From the NCBI GenBank assembly GCA_030141605.1, contig JAQGDQ010000007.1, positions 421,173 to 485,172 on the forward strand: 64,000 nucleotides of DNA, written 5' to 3'. The stretch is from Tubiluchus corallicola (taxonomy: Eukaryota; Animalia; Priapulida). Made by a program: the position numbers and the translations under genes. Below, piece by piece: positions 1-15,400 of this stretch; the first letter of the stretch is position 1; each line of letters opens with the position of its first letter. The notes below the pieces were generated by a model that was not told the origin of the DNA, ran no database searches, and saw only the letters and a list, made by a program, of their open reading frames with translations.

Positions 1-269
1 GGACATGACAATACGATACAATACATATTTATTTTATCAACTTTTATTAGAATAAGGTGTACAAATAAAAATTAAAACTCACAAAACATTTTATTTGCAT
101 TTTTTTGCATTTTTCTTGCTTTGTGACTTATGTATATTGGCACTTGTATGACTATTCTTTGTATTTGTCACATTAATAGTACAAAGCAAGGATTTGCTTT
201 ATATCGTCATGCTGAAATTTATTATTTGTTATTTAGTATTACTATTAATTTTTTTGTTTTTCTCACAAG

Positions 270-410
270 CATTTTTGCCAGGAGACACATTTTGGGATGG
301 ATTATTTTCGGATGGTTGCTATTTCACCAATATGAGTTTTGCAAATTACACCATATTGGAGTTAACATCGATGTCACCCACAATGTGCATCCACTTTTGC
401 TATGATTTGG
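270..410 (+). CDS. Exon A1 (N-half of split WSC-like domain)
   Basis: caag|CA..TTG G|gtatga; 141 nt; AFLPGD..GCY..MCIHFCYDL. Confidence 0.85.
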
Positions 411-3400
411 GTATGATTTAAATTTAGATTCACTCTTTAGTGCAAGCGGTTAAGAAACTGAACAAATCACTGCAGGCAAAAACTAGTATAAGGTTTGGAG
501 AAGGTTGTGTGCCTATTTTATAGCACTTTGAATTGTTTTATATGTAAATATTACCAGGTCACTATCACATCATTTGCTTCGTCAAATCATGTTGTCTTCT
601 TAACACATCGCAGAGTTTCATGTCCGTTAGTTAGTCAGGTGTGTCAAAAAGGGACTTGAACAATTTGAGCAGCTTTGAGAAGGAAAATATTTCTCAAAAT
701 ATATTATTTAGCACTCTGACTTTTGTCAAAATAAAAACATTTGTGCATGATTTCTTAATGTTAAAGTCACCTGTAAACGTTTTTATTTTAAATTTTTTGC
801 TTACATGTCAACCATTAATGGTAAGGGGTGTTCTCCCAAAGCAATGTAATGAATACACTGCACTTGGCATTTACTTCAAATTTTGGTGTACTCACTTTTT
901 GTTGATTGTGTGGCAATATCGTCAGCATAGGAGATTGCTAGAAAAGATCGTTCATACTTGGTAAATTTTACTGTTCATGTTGTTGGGACACCATGCAGTG
1001 TCCCTCTGAGCCACTAAACTCAGTGAGGCATGATGATTGTCAACCGCTGCTTTATTTTTCGGCATAAACAGCTTGTCAATGTTGTTAGCAATGTTCGTTA
1101 CTGTATTTTACAGGGGAAAATTTTGCCATATTACCCAGTTACGATGAATGCATATGTACACCCACCTTACAGCCATATTTTCGGTCTCAAAATGAGAAGT
1201 ATTGTGCTCCTTGCAGTGGAGCTTTTTCCGGACGTAACAATAATTTTGGCGTTTGTGGTTCTAAAGTCACTAGTTATGCAGGAATTTATACTGTTTATGG
1301 CGGTAAGTAAGCTTTTTGTAAGTCTTTTAATAATGAATTAGGTCTATGTCCCAACTGTAACATTTTTTGAAATTGGGATTTTTATGGATGATTTAATTAA
1401 TTTATGCTTTTTTGTGCATCTTTAGTTTAATTAGTTAGATTTAATACTTCAGCCTGCCTAGTTCAATGCAGGATTAATACTATTAATAATTATTATTTAT
1501 TATTGGCTATGACTCATTGCTATATTTAGTGTGGAAATCAGGTCGTCATGACTACAGAGGATGCTGGGATTTTAGTAATGTCACTGCATTTGCAAAGTCC
1601 TATTCTGGTGTGAATTCAGCTTATGAGTGTGTCTCTCGGTGCCGATCATTTAGCAAAACAGTGCAGTCTACTGGCACTTTTGCACTGATGGGAAAAAGTG
1701 GTGCAAATTACGTCTGCTATTGTGATGATTCAGTTGGGCCTGGAAAAGCTACAGCTGCTGCAATTTTGCCATGTGAAAAATGTCCCGGGGATGTTGATGA
1801 TGGTTATTGTGGAAGTAATGGAAATGTTTATGCAGTGTACGACACGGGAGGTAGTACTTTTTTGCTTTCAATATTTAATGTAAAAATCATGCTTCCCATT
1901 ACAGTTTGTCACACATTTTTACAATCTAATTGATTAATTTTTATTTCAACTTTAGCACCACATGAGTATCAAGGATGTTTTGCATACTATAAGCCTGAGA
2001 TGTTCTTTCCGGTTGCACACTCACTAGGAAATCAATCCACTACTTTAGATATTGATTGCATGAATGCATGCAGGGATAGAGGCTATTTGTTTGGAAGCCT
2101 GTATAATTCGCCAAACATAAGCGTGGTTGGATACGATTGTTTTTGTGGAAATGGGTTTCCATACAACAAGTTTGTGTGGAATTGCCCACGCTGTGAAAAA
2201 GTAGGCCAGGCATCTGGAAGTACTGTAATGGGGACATGTCCTAGAGATGATGTAGTGGCTGTTTATGCTACTCAAAGTAAGTATGATTTCACTGATTAAG
2301 TCTTGAATGTTGTGTGCTATTTAATATTAAAAATGAAACTTACAATAATACATGCACTGATTCTTCATGTTTTATCCTAATGTAAGAAATTGCTTTTTTG
2401 TATTTGAAGAATTTATCAATATTCTGTACTAACACAACATTAATTTGCTTTACAAGTTGTTGCATTCCTTGTTCTTCTTGTTCTGTAGAGAGCACATAAT
2501 GTTTAACTAATGACTGTTTTGCCACAGTTTTAATTTCTCTTTAGATTTTGCAGTTGACTCAGATTTCTTGGGCTGCTGGCGTGATAAATCTTATCTTGCA
2601 ACAAACCCTGACAACCTTGGAGATAGAGACATGCCTGAAATCAGTTTTTTGTCTGGCATGTCACCGGAGAAATGCAGGGCACATTGTCTAGAGCTTAATT
2701 ATGTTTATTCGGCATTACAAGCCGGGAATGAATGCTTTTGTGGAAACACATATGGACGATATGGGCCTGCATTAAATCCTTGCGATAGAGAATGTGATAC
2801 AGCCGGCGCAAAATGTAATATATATGACCCGAATTGTATTTCTTGTGGCGGATCTTGGGCACTGGCAGTTTATCGTACAAATGGTAGGAACCAGCATATT
2901 GTTAATAATATGAACAAATTATAGTGAATACGTTTACATCCAACAAAATGTATTTAATCTTTTTTTAGGCATATTTGTGAAACAAATTTTTACTTATGTT
3001 ATATGCTATTTTAAATAGACCCGAGAGATGCATTTAGCTTTGCTTAATGTCCAGTAAACATGTGGCATGTGGCAACAGTCACAGAATTTCACACATAATA
3101 CAATATTTTTTCAGTTGATGAATTATCTTGTTTCATCTTCTTAGGATAAAGCAAAATTTAAATGGGATTTATTAATAAAAGAGCTTATCTCATGTTAGCA
3201 AGCTGAAATTTAATTTGGATAGCAAAGTACAAGTACAATTATACTTTATGAAATTTTCCTTTATGGAAGAAAGATTATCTTTCAAGATCCTAGCTTTATC
3301 TGATTGATGTCAGTCAATGAAGTCGGAGAGGACGAAAGCTTCTCAAGAAAAAATGAAGAATTTTGAGAATTATGGGCACTTTTTAACTTTTTTTTTACAA

Positions 3401-6400
3401 ATATGGGATATGTGCGTATAAGAAAATTTTCCATTAGGGGTTAGGAGGCAAAAAAACGAAAAATAGGGCCAAGAAGAAAAATGCGCCTAGGGTCAAGCAG
3501 TAATACCATGCAGTATGTCAAAGGAAAATCTCGGTGAGACGAACTGAATGGCATAGGTTACAGTCAGAATAGTTAGCCTGCGACCCCAAGCGGGGGAAAA
3601 ATAACGGCAGAGGAGAAAATGCTTTCCAGTGTCATCCAAAACTAGGTTGTACTATATCAATAGAAAGGTCTCAATGAGTATGAGCTACTATTGGTTGATC
3701 TCTGACTCTAGTAGGGGGTCAAAAACCGGAAAATGGAAGTTGGGAACAGAAATGCATGGAGTGTCCAGGAGTACCATTTAGTATATCAAATTAAAGGTGG
3801 AATGGTTGAGGCAAATCGAAAGTCATAGGTTACAACGAGAATGTTAACCTGCAACCACTCTAGGAGACAAAATAGAGGCTGACGAAGCAAATTTATTACA
3901 GTGCCAACCGAGCCAGCTTGTATTACACTAATTGAAAGGTGTTAATGAGACAAATTGAATTGTATCTGTAATGACAAGATTGGTTGACTGATGACCCATG
4001 GGTCATGGGTTGAAAAGTTATGAGTTGAGATTTCATTGTAAAGTGCAGTTTCTACGGAATCAAGCATAGTGAATTTGATCAAATCAAAGTCACAACTTTC
4101 AAACAAAAGGCTGGCATCTTTTCATGAGTCAATTCACTGTACTTTGCTAAAAGTAAATGAAATAATAATTATACATAGTTAATGTCATCAATAAAGTGAT
4201 AAGTCATGTTGATTGTAATTTATTAAGTTTACAATTTAGCATTTACTTATATTGATTATTTTATATTGTTAATTGATTATTATTTAACCGAATCATTATT
4301 GTAATCAAATATTAATTTTTGATAGCTTTACTTACTTTATTTTTTGGTACTTTTTTGGTATCACCTAAGGGAGCTGTGCAACCAGCCAATTGAAAGAAAC
4401 TGTCTTTGGCAAAGTTCATGACTAATTGACATTAAGTAATTAACTAAGTTAATCAATTTTGTTACTTCTCGTTAACTTTAATGCAAAATACAATTTCTGA
4501 TTGATTGGTGGCAGTGTAGAACAGTGAACATTTGTTAAGCATGAGGATGTACATCAACTCATTTTTATGTAGATGGCTATGGCAAAATTATGACATCAGC
4601 AAAATCAATACTTATCAGTACTTTCCAACGCTTAGATTTCTCGGGATATTTTTTAAGCAGATATTCATGAGATTAGATTATTTAAAAAGGATTCTATTTT
4701 GCTATTTGTGTGATGTTCATTCCTTATTTTTAACAAAGTACCTAGATTGCTTAGGTTGTAGTCAGTTTCTATGGTCTTTTTAATTTACTCCAACGACTTC
4801 CTTGTTGCAAACTTTGATTGCAGAGGACTACTTGGGATGATCAATGGAACTGAGTATGTTATATTTAAGAAGGAGATTAATTATGTTTGCTGTTTGTAAT
4901 ACAAGGTTTTATGGTCACATTGCTTATTTTTCAAACATTAGTTTATCAAAGCCAGTGGAGAGGCAAGTAAAGCAATGCAGATAAACAGCAATATCTTATT
5001 TACTGTTAGTAGTTTTCTGTTGCACATTATCTTTTGCGAGTGACACTATAACAAATCAGGTATTTTATATATTATGATTAATAATAAGTTTCGTTTTTTC
5101 CAGCATTTGTACCAGGAGAGGAAGTTCAAACTGGTTGCTTCAAATTCATTCAAGAATTCTCAAGTTCCAATGTATTAAATCGCATGACAATGACTCCTGC
5201 AATGTGCATTCGTTTTTGTTATGATTTGGGTATGATACAGACTTATTAATTACATTCAATAAATTTAATTTTAATACATTATGAATATGTTAAATAATAT
5301 TACGGTTACTTGTTTTGTAGCACAACCGGGTAGTTTGTCAAAAAATCTAGTCTTCATCATCATATTTTAATCATGCAGACAACTTTTTGCTTAACGTATA
5401 TATGTATGTGTTATTACTTACCATTTGGACCTATTAATGTATTCAAAAAATAAAACATTTTAGCTGGGATAAATTATCACTCTCATAAATGTAATTAGTC
5501 AACGTCATCTAACTTTTTGCTGCAAACTTGCATGTTTAATAGATTTCATCAATTTACATTTTACGTAGCCGTTCCTCCAGCTTCCTCTTTTGGTGCCACA
5601 TTTTACAATGTTTTGTGGTTAGCAAGAAAAAATTGATTTCTCATTTTGTAAACATTAGTTTTGGACATGTTCTAACTTTTAGTTGGTTAGTTTTGATTGG
5701 TAACTCATTTGACAGATACGTATTGTTTACCATCTGCATTTGTCCTATTTTGGATTACATATCATTAGTTTTGGATCCATACATACCAGCAAAAGAACTT
5801 CCAAAAACAGGAGATATCTTTGATCAGAGTGATGAAAACTCATCTGCAACTGGTACCGCAACACTAGTAGTCATACAAAGACACCCTCTACCAAATGGCA
5901 CAGCAACACATTTTATGTCAGCCTTTAGAGACTATCATTTACTCTTCACTAAACCATCCTTATCTTTTTTTAACCACACATACTAATCACATTCCACACC
6001 TGTTTTACATTCCTTATTTATGTATTTTATGCTAACCTCATTTGCCCAGTTCTATTCACTTTAATATTTTCTTTGCCTGCTCACACACATGCCTGTAGTT
6101 TTCAATTTAATGCTTTGCCAACATCAGCATAAATATTATCATAGCTGATTATAAATACAGATAGTTCTTAAACGTTTAGCTTGCTTAGTTAATTGAAAGA
6201 GGCAAGAGTTTGTAAACTGTTGAGAAATTTTTCTTTTCGTATTGGGTTCCCTCAATAATGTTTTCAAATGATTTTATATTAATCACATTTATCTTATTTT
6301 TCCAGTTTAATTTGTCGAAAATTACAACTATGTTCGATTAGCCTGGACAGTTTGAGTTAAGGCATCAAATTGATTTGAATTTAATTGTTCTACTGGGTCA

Positions 6401-9400
6401 CTAAGAAACGTGAATCTGCTGAGATTGTGTCAACCTGAGCTGTCCAGAGACTAAATGAATGACTTGGCATATGACTTGATAGTGAAGATTATAGTTTGTC
6501 CCCCAGTTACTAACTTCATTTCTTTTTTTCAGATCAAGATTTTGCTGTGTTAAACAATTACGATGAATGTACATGTGGAGATTGTTTAACACCTCAGACT
6601 ATGCATGACCAGAGATATTGCGCTGCCTGTGGTGGAGCATTTATCAGCCGTAATAATTATTTTGAGCTGTGCGGTTCAAAATCAACAGGCTATAGTAGCG
6701 TTCAAAGAGTTTATTCTGGTGAGCAAAACTGATTTCAAACTTTGATACAAAGGGCTTATATTAACAATTTACCTTACATTATATTGTGTTTATTTAATTT
6801 TTAACTCATGAACTTGTTAAATAAACTTGTGTTTATTTCCTTATAATCAGTGTATATTATAAACTTATACTTGTATGGCAGAATACACTTAATAGATATG
6901 TGATTAAACCATTACATAAGCTGTCTTGGAGACTACAATTTGCAAGTGTAGAATGAGGTGGTCTTTATCTTTATAAATTTTTTTCTTAAACTTTAATAAA
7001 AACTGTTTTACTTTTTGTCACTGCTTTGGGGAATTGCAGAATCACTTTTGATATTCAATGAAGTTTTTGCTGGCTAATGGTGTGCTGGATTTTTATTGAA
7101 ACAAGTGCAAAACTGAAGTTTAAAGCTCAATTGTGGCACTTGTTTGAATTACACGATCAGTTCATATTGCATTACTTGATACTCGTATCAGTTAAGATAT
7201 TTACATTGTGTTGGGTATGAATATTTAATATTTAGTTGTTCTGATACAAAATTTGTTTAAACTGTTGAGCTTCACAGTGGTCTTAGTCTTTATAACGATT
7301 GCTTACGTATAGTGTGGAAAACAGCTCGTCATGACTACAGAGGATGCTGGGATTTTGGAAATGGCACTTCGTTTGCAAAATCAATCCCTGGTGTGAATTC
7401 AGCTTTTGAGTGCGTCTTTTTGTGCCGAACATTTAGCAAAACAGCACAGTCTATTGGTAGTTTTGCATTGGTAGAGAAAAGTGGTGCAGACTATGTCTGC
7501 TATTGTGATGATTCAATAGGGACAGGAAGAGCTTCTGTAGCTGCTAATTGTGGTTTTACGCCGTCAGCTCATCTGTCATGCCAGAAATGTCCGGGTGGCA
7601 ACGACGGTTTCTGTGGCGGTGACAATGGTTATGCAGTATATGACACAGGAGGTAGTAATTCTGTTTTTAATCCTCGCAACATCATATTGTTTTTTGTTTT
7701 TTTTTGTAAATCATTCATTTATTCAATATTGCACATTTGTGAACAGTTCCCATGACTGATAAGCTCACCTTAGGTTGGTATACAATTGTTAACAACAACA
7801 TAAGTCCATTTGTAATGGTTGCTAATGTAAAGAAAAAATACTGAATATAAAGAGCAGCAATAAATAATGCATAATAAAAATTATTTAAAATGTTTTATTC
7901 CATCAATATATTGTTGTGTTATCTTAATGTAAATAAACATTTTGATCTTCAGTCGATAAAGGGCTGCTTGAATGCAAAATGCAAATTTTGACCTTGTATT
8001 TAATAACTGATGACAAAGAGAGAGAATTAGATAAATAAAATCTTTTTAAATTAGCTGAAAAAAACATAAATTATTTTGATCGTGAGTCAATGAGGGCTGA
8101 ACATATGCAGAGTAGAAATTTTGACCTGCATATTTAAATAATTGATGTCAAAAGAAGAGAATTAGATAAATAAAGGCGCCTTAAATTCTCTGCTGTCAAA
8201 AAATGACATTATTATTTATTTCCCATTACATTTTTGTATCTGTGACTATTCAGATGTTCATTTATTGGGAGAATCACACTCTTAAACCCCTGTGATGTAC
8301 AGAGTTGCTATGTGTATTTGATGGAATAAACAATATTTGTTATTGAGGTTTACCAAGCATTTCTCTATGTAATATACCCCTTTTTGTTTTAGCACCACAT
8401 GAGTATCAAGGATGTTTCGCATACTATGAGCCAGATATATACTTCCCTGTTAAAGAATCACTTGATCAAGGATCTACTTCTTTAGATGATGATTGTCTAA
8501 CAAAGTGCAGAAATAAGGGATACTTTTTTGGTAGTGTCTATTATTCGTCAGTTGCTGAGTATGCATGTGCTTGCGGAAACGGGTTTCCGTTCCCCAAATT
8601 TTCACTGAATTGTGCATACTGTATGAAGACAACCAGTGGAACATGTCCCGGAAAAAATGCAGTTTCTGTTTACTCTACTGAAAGTGAGTATAATTACTGA
8701 CTTGTAGTATTACAGGTCACAGTGGTGGTTGTGGTGTTATGGTTATGCAGGTTATAGTGGGGATGTTGATGGTGTGGTGGTTGTTTAGCAACAGGAACAA
8801 TAATATTAACAATATTAACAATGTAATTACTCTGTGCAAAGGTTAGCAGTTTAAATCAATAAATCTGCCTAATTCAATGACAAAAGTTTATTGAATTTGA
8901 CATTTAAAAGACCATAAGGGCATCTCTTGAACTCGTCGACCTCGCTTTACAGGAATGAGAATTTTCCGCGGATACGCGGAATTCCGAGTTTTTGGAAGAC
9001 CAATAGTGCCATTTTTGTAAATCGCGTAAATTTGTTGAGAAAATTTTTACGGACCCAGTACATACAACCAGCTGACCACTAGTTGGCAGGCCGTCACTTT
9101 GTTTACATCACATACATCAGTGTAACCACGTGTATATCTGTATGTATAAAAATATAGAATCAATTGTGTGGAGTTATTTGAGTCAATTGCAGACAGTTTT
9201 TATATACTTTTGCATCGGAGCGGCCAGTACTTAGAGGCATTTTTGAGACAATTAGGTATCATGTATCCTTGATAGTTGGGTATTTTAAATTATGCATGAA
9301 ACAAAGTAATTGATATTTTAAGTCCACTTAGAGGCTCTCTATGGTCACAAAATTGCAATTTGTTGCTGTCTCCAAGGGGGCTTCGCCCCGTTGAACCCCC

Positions 9401-12400
9401 ATGGGGGCCTACGCAGCCTCCAAACGCTCGGTCTGTTTCAGAGTTTTTTGCAATTTGTCATTCTCATCCCCGGCTTTACTGTCACTCCGCTCCTGTACTT
9501 CTTTCACACTAGTGCACTGCATCACTGCAAGACAGCGCATCAGTAGCTGCAGCCTTTACAAAATTGCAAACAACAGTGACATTAGTGGTTATTGGTATTA
9601 GTATGTTTTCAGCCTCAGTAAGTTATATCATTTTACACTTTGCTGTATTTATAAAAGAGTTTCTCTTTAGCACCTCAATCGTCTTTCAGAAGTCAGTGAA
9701 CACAGAGCATTGTTTTATATAAAGTTATTTAAAACAGAATGCTACTTCACAATCCCAGATCATAAGGTGTTGTTTACTGACATTTTGCATAGTGAGTTTA
9801 GAGCTACAGTTTGCTGTCTTTTTATATTTTTCAGATTATCCAGTGATGTCAGACGTCTTAGGTTGTTGGGAGGAAAAACGTCCTGGTGCATCTGGGATGC
9901 ATGATGGAGAAAGAGACATGCCATATGAGGCACCAGCAATTGCTAATTTAACACCAGAAAAATGCAGGGCACATTGTTTAGAGCAGAATTATGCTTATGC
10001 GGGTTTGGTATCTGGAACACATTGCTTTTGTGGGGACACATATGGGAGATACCATCCTGCATTAAACCCGTGCAACGCTAAGTGTGGTACGTCCGGTAGC
10101 GGGCGCGAACTATGCAATTTACATGACACGTCTTGTTCTACATGTGGTGGAGACTGGGCATTACAGGCTTACTCTACAAATGGTGAGCTTGTAGTTTGCA
10201 AACACTTTGCAGCTAATGAGTTTATGTTTTGAGTTTTGTTTTAGTCACTCAATCGTAGAAATGTAATAAGTTATCATACTTTGAAGCGACATTGACACAT
10301 TTTTGGACAGTGTTTACTTTTTTAAGTGTACCACTGTTCTTGTACACCTTTTCAAGCATACAAGATAGTAAAAAAATTAATTTAGTCTAATGTAATGTAT
10401 TTTTGGCCAGTTACGTTTGGTCTTTGGTTTGCAGGCTACAAAGTTGTAGGTGGTCCTGAATTGGGTCATTGTTCTTTCTCTGCTAAGACTCCCTTGAGAT
10501 TACTTTATGAATTACATTACACTCAGTTTATTTTGAAATATTGGTCTGGTATTTCAGCAGAAAGTATGAAGGTGAACTATGGGAACTAAAGTGGCAGCAG
10601 TAGCTGCATGTTTGTTGCATTTCTCTAGTTTTGTAATAATCAAATGATCAAAGTATTACTGACAAACTAGTGCTTATGTTTTTAAATTTGTCTGAATTTG
10701 AGCCTAATCACTACACAGAACTAATGATGTAAGGGCTGTTACCTAATATGAGTGATGTTATTATATTGCTTTAATAATCTGGCCCGTAAACATTTCAGTA
10801 TCAATTGCAAATGTTTATTTTTTAACTAGATTCTAAATTGATACAGATTCAGTTATGAAGTTAAAACCAACATTCATATATACAATAAAAAGGAACATAT
10901 ATAAGATGTGGTCCTTTCTACATGAGTATGCACAGTTTGTATTTTAAATCAACAGATATAAATAATCTGCTAAAGTCATAAAACTCTCAGTGCATTGAAT
11001 GACATTTTTGTTATTTTTTGTTTAAGCCTTTTTGCCAGGAGATGCACTTCGAACTGGTTGCCTCAGACTCAGTCAGAACTTCGTCAATCAGAGTTTTGGT
11101 AGCTTAAATCGGATGACGATGTCTTCCGCAATGTGTGTCAAGTACTGCTACCAGTCTGGTATAATTTCAGTTTTGGATTTACAGTTATTTACGATTTTAT
11201 AGTAATCTGATATTGGATCCAACATTTACAAATTGCATTTTTATTGTTATTGTACAAACGGCTATCGGGTAATTTCATTAAGCAGTATTTCAAATGGGGA
11301 TCAGCATTGAAGTCCTGGTTTGGTTTGAAACCAATTTAATAAGTGTAATTTTAGAAATGCATTATTGCAGAACTATGGTTATGCATTTTAATACTTCTGA
11401 ATGTTCAGGGTTTTCATGAGTTCATTTATCTTTTATTATTGGCCTAATGTCTTTAAAGATTTTTAAAAATGTCTTTTTTGTAATTTGCCTATGTTGAACA
11501 ACTCATACATGTCAATAAGTGTTTTCCATATTCCAGGGACATTTTGACGTCATTCATCAACTGAAGAAAAGCAGTGCACTGTTAATTTCCGTCAAAATTT
11601 AAAAAAAAAAGATTTACAATCTTTCAGCATCAATAAAGTTGCCGTAATACTAATTATATCTTTAAAAAAGCCATAAGATAACTAAGGTTTATTAATTCTG
11701 ACTAATCACAGTGAAAACATCTCTTTGAGTGAGTTAATTCGCAGTTAATTGATTAATAATTTTTTAATCATTTTGCTCTCAAGGTGATATTTACAGCCTG
11801 GTAAATTTGCAATTTTGGGTGAAATTACAAGTAGTTAGATACAACTGTTAGCACAGAATGCATTATTTAGTCATGTAAACTATAAAGTGATACTTCACGT
11901 CTTGCTTCTCTGAGTTTACAGTTTTTTATGTTAATTATGTTTATGGTAATTAGGACCAACTTAAAAAACAGTACAGTGCCTTAAGTATTTAGTGGTTTGT
12001 CAGAATTAGTTTTTAATGTCATACATACAAAGAAGCTTTTTACCTGAACATTCATTTTTTATATTGTTTGGGACTGTGCAAACTAGTAATGATAAGTAGT
12101 GCTATTTTTGTTAAAATGTGTCTTCATCACTCTCAAATTGTTGATTGTCGTAATGCCTATGTGTGAATGCTCACTATAAGAAATTGTATCTTTCAAAAAT
12201 GTTTTTATGCTATTTTTTGCATTTGTATTAGCTCATTTTTGTGCTGCTATGGACCTGAAACTGATAGTCATGGTAGTCATTAACTAAAGTTTCATCTATA
12301 GGAGTCTGTGTCTCTGCTGAACTGGTCTTTTTTGCCAGGGAGCTGATCTTTTGTACTAGTTTGATTCATATGTTGACTTTGAAGCTATCAACACACATGC

Positions 12401-15400
12401 AGTAGAGAGTGCCAATGAAATTACCTGCAGTAAACTAAGCTTAAATACTTGAATGCTTTGTTTTTTCCATCTTATTTCTAATGTAAACAAATTTAACACT
12501 ATCATGCAAAGTTATATGTCACAGATGGCATTATTTGTGTTTTATTAACGTGATTTTGATTATACTTCGAGCTAACGTATGATGATCAGAAAGTTTCAAG
12601 TTTTTTGAGTCAGTATTAACTGTACGTTCTTGAGTATATATATATATATATGTGTGTATTATGCACACAAATAAATTTGCTATTTCTAAAATATTTAGAA
12701 TCAATTTATAAAACAGTAAATGTATATCTGAAATTCCAGAAGTTACGAGTAGAATTATGCAAGACGAATCAAAACTTTCTGTTAATTTGGAGCAGGAAAT
12801 ATAATAGATTTTGTCAATAAATTATTGTTGTTACAAGAAACGGTTAATATTTGCAGACCAGGATTTTGCTGTATTAACCAGCTACGATGAATGTACATGT
12901 GCTCTCGGCAATATTCCTATAGAAGCCGTAGTTGAAACAAAGTATTGCGCTGTCTGTGGTGGAGCTTTTACAGGACGTAATAATTACTTTGATCATTGTG
13001 GAAGTAAAAATACAGGTTATGCCATGGTATACAGGGTTTATTCTGGTGAGTAATGTGTGTTTAAAGTGTGCCAAGTAGTGTAAAGCTAAAGCCACACTGA
13101 CCCATCATAGATTTTGGTCAGATTTTATTTTAGTTAATGAAACAAGAAAATATTTAGCTTTTTGCTGGTTGGGCAGAAACAACAATTCTTGTCAAATTTA
13201 AAGTTTGGTGGTTGAAATTTTTCAAATTTTCTGGTCAACATGAAGTTAGCAACACCAATATCATATTAATATTCTTTTTCTTCTTCTTCTGGTGTCATCT
13301 CCCTAGGACGTGGACTGTCTAGATTTTCCTGTTTTCTCCTTTCTACACATTCTGGATTTGATGTTTCCATCTGTTACTCCTGTAGAAAATTTCTTTTTTT
13401 GTCTTCCTCTCTTGCGTTTTCCATCGATAATTACAACAATATACTTCGCATCCTGTTGGGACTAAGTGACCGAAAAAGGATAATTGCTTACTAGTAGAAA
13501 TTAAAGATTTCATCAGCCATTCTCGAAATTTCTTCATTTGTTTTGTGGTCTTTTGAAGCGATAAGAAGCATTCTCCTTCATATCCATATTTCAAAAACTT
13601 TTATTTTAGGTACAAGATTTTGATTCACTGTCCAGGTTTCAGATGCATAAAGTGATAAAACACATCCCTGGTGAGTTTCACGGTAGATCTGAAAGCTTTC
13701 TGATAAACCATGTTGAAAGCGAATTACTGTAGTTTGATTCCAGTATACGTTCTCTGTCAAGTATTTATCACTAGCATTTATATCAATGCCTTCCAGACAT
13801 TCCACAATGCAGTTGTGGTAGACATGGTCGAATGCTTTCTCATAGTTGTTGAAGCTTTTCTGCTTTTTGAGACAATTCTCTAGGTTCTGTAATAAAAATG
13901 TCTACCCATCATTTGCGTAAAAGTTTGCCAGTCATTAATTTTTCTTTCTATTTTTGCATCATTCTGTAATTTGTAATGCTTAATAATAGTTTCAATAATC
14001 TTTCAGTGTCACATTAGATAGCATGTTAGTCAACATTAGTCAAGTCTGTATGATGTGGGCTTATTTACATTGGACCTTGTATGATAAAGTAACTAAGCTT
14101 GGGAAAGCTAAAGCTGCACTCGGGGGAGGTTTCTTGTTATGGTCATTCGTCTGCGTTACTTCCTCTTACCATGATTTGACAAGATAGCTAACATTTCCCA
14201 TAACAGAATTGTCCTAAAATTATTTGCATTAATGTAGCTAGCTCGTATCAGATTTAGTATAGATTTTTTTCTATAATTGTTTTTTATATTGTATGTGCAG
14301 TGTTGGAAGTTGACTACATTAATAAACTTTAATCTGACAAGGTTTCAATGAGATTAATAAATCAACAAGTGTCTGCATTTCGTCTATTACAGTGTGGAAT
14401 GAAGCTCGTCCGGAGTACAGAGGTTGCTGGAATTTTTCCTTTGATATTACCTTTGCAAGCTCATCAAATGTGAGTTCAGCTTATGAGTGCGTGTCACATT
14501 GCTCATTGTTCAGCAGGATAAGTGGATCCTTGGGCAGTTTTGCTTTGCTGGAAAAGAGCGGCACAAACTACATTTGTCATTGTGATGATACTACTGGTAC
14601 AGGAAGAGCTACTTTTGCCTCTGACCTACCATGTGAAAAATGTCTCGGTGGCAGTAATGGCTACTGTGGCAGTGGTGCTGGCGTTTATGCTGTGTATGAC
14701 ACTGGAGGTAATGACTGTTGCATTCTAATATCTCTATTAACCATTAGTTAAATAATGTTCACTTTTTTCATGTGTACACATACATTTTATATGAATTATT
14801 TTTTCAGCTGTTGAGGTACTCAAGATAAAACAACTTTGTTTTAGAAAATATTAAAAGTAGAGAGAAGACCCATAAGATCATAATAATTACAGATGAAACT
14901 GTGAAAGTGCTATATTTTAACTTCCAACATTATTCATGATAATAGATGTCACTTTGCTAAATGCTAGATAGAGGCAAGACATCACCTTGACAAAACCCCT
15001 GGAATGTATTACACTCAATAGAAAACTCGGCGAGAATATAAAAGGTTTTTCTGGTGTTTACCTAGAAACGTGTACAGAACAGCAACAGCTCTCTAAATCA
15101 CCATAGATACAGAATTTTTCCTTAGCACTGCTACACTGATTAAATTCAGTTAACGATATTTCACTCATTTGTGATCACTTGATGAAATTTATACTGACTG
15201 GTATTCTTAGTGTACATATATGTAATGGCAAATAAATAATTGTATTTGATCAGACTTTCTGCTGTTCCTGATTTAGTCTTTAAGGCTGTATTGTTTTGTT
15301 ACGCTAATCCAGTGAACAGTAATTTTTGTGCAATCAGAACTTTGAATTATAGAATCTATAGTAGCAGATTTTAGATGAAGGCATAAGTTTTCACTATGTT

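Noticed and set aside
5615-5986. 123-aa intronic ORF as an extra exon
   Set aside because: No WSC Cys pattern, no counterpart in other cassettes, no convincing phase-1 splice pair.
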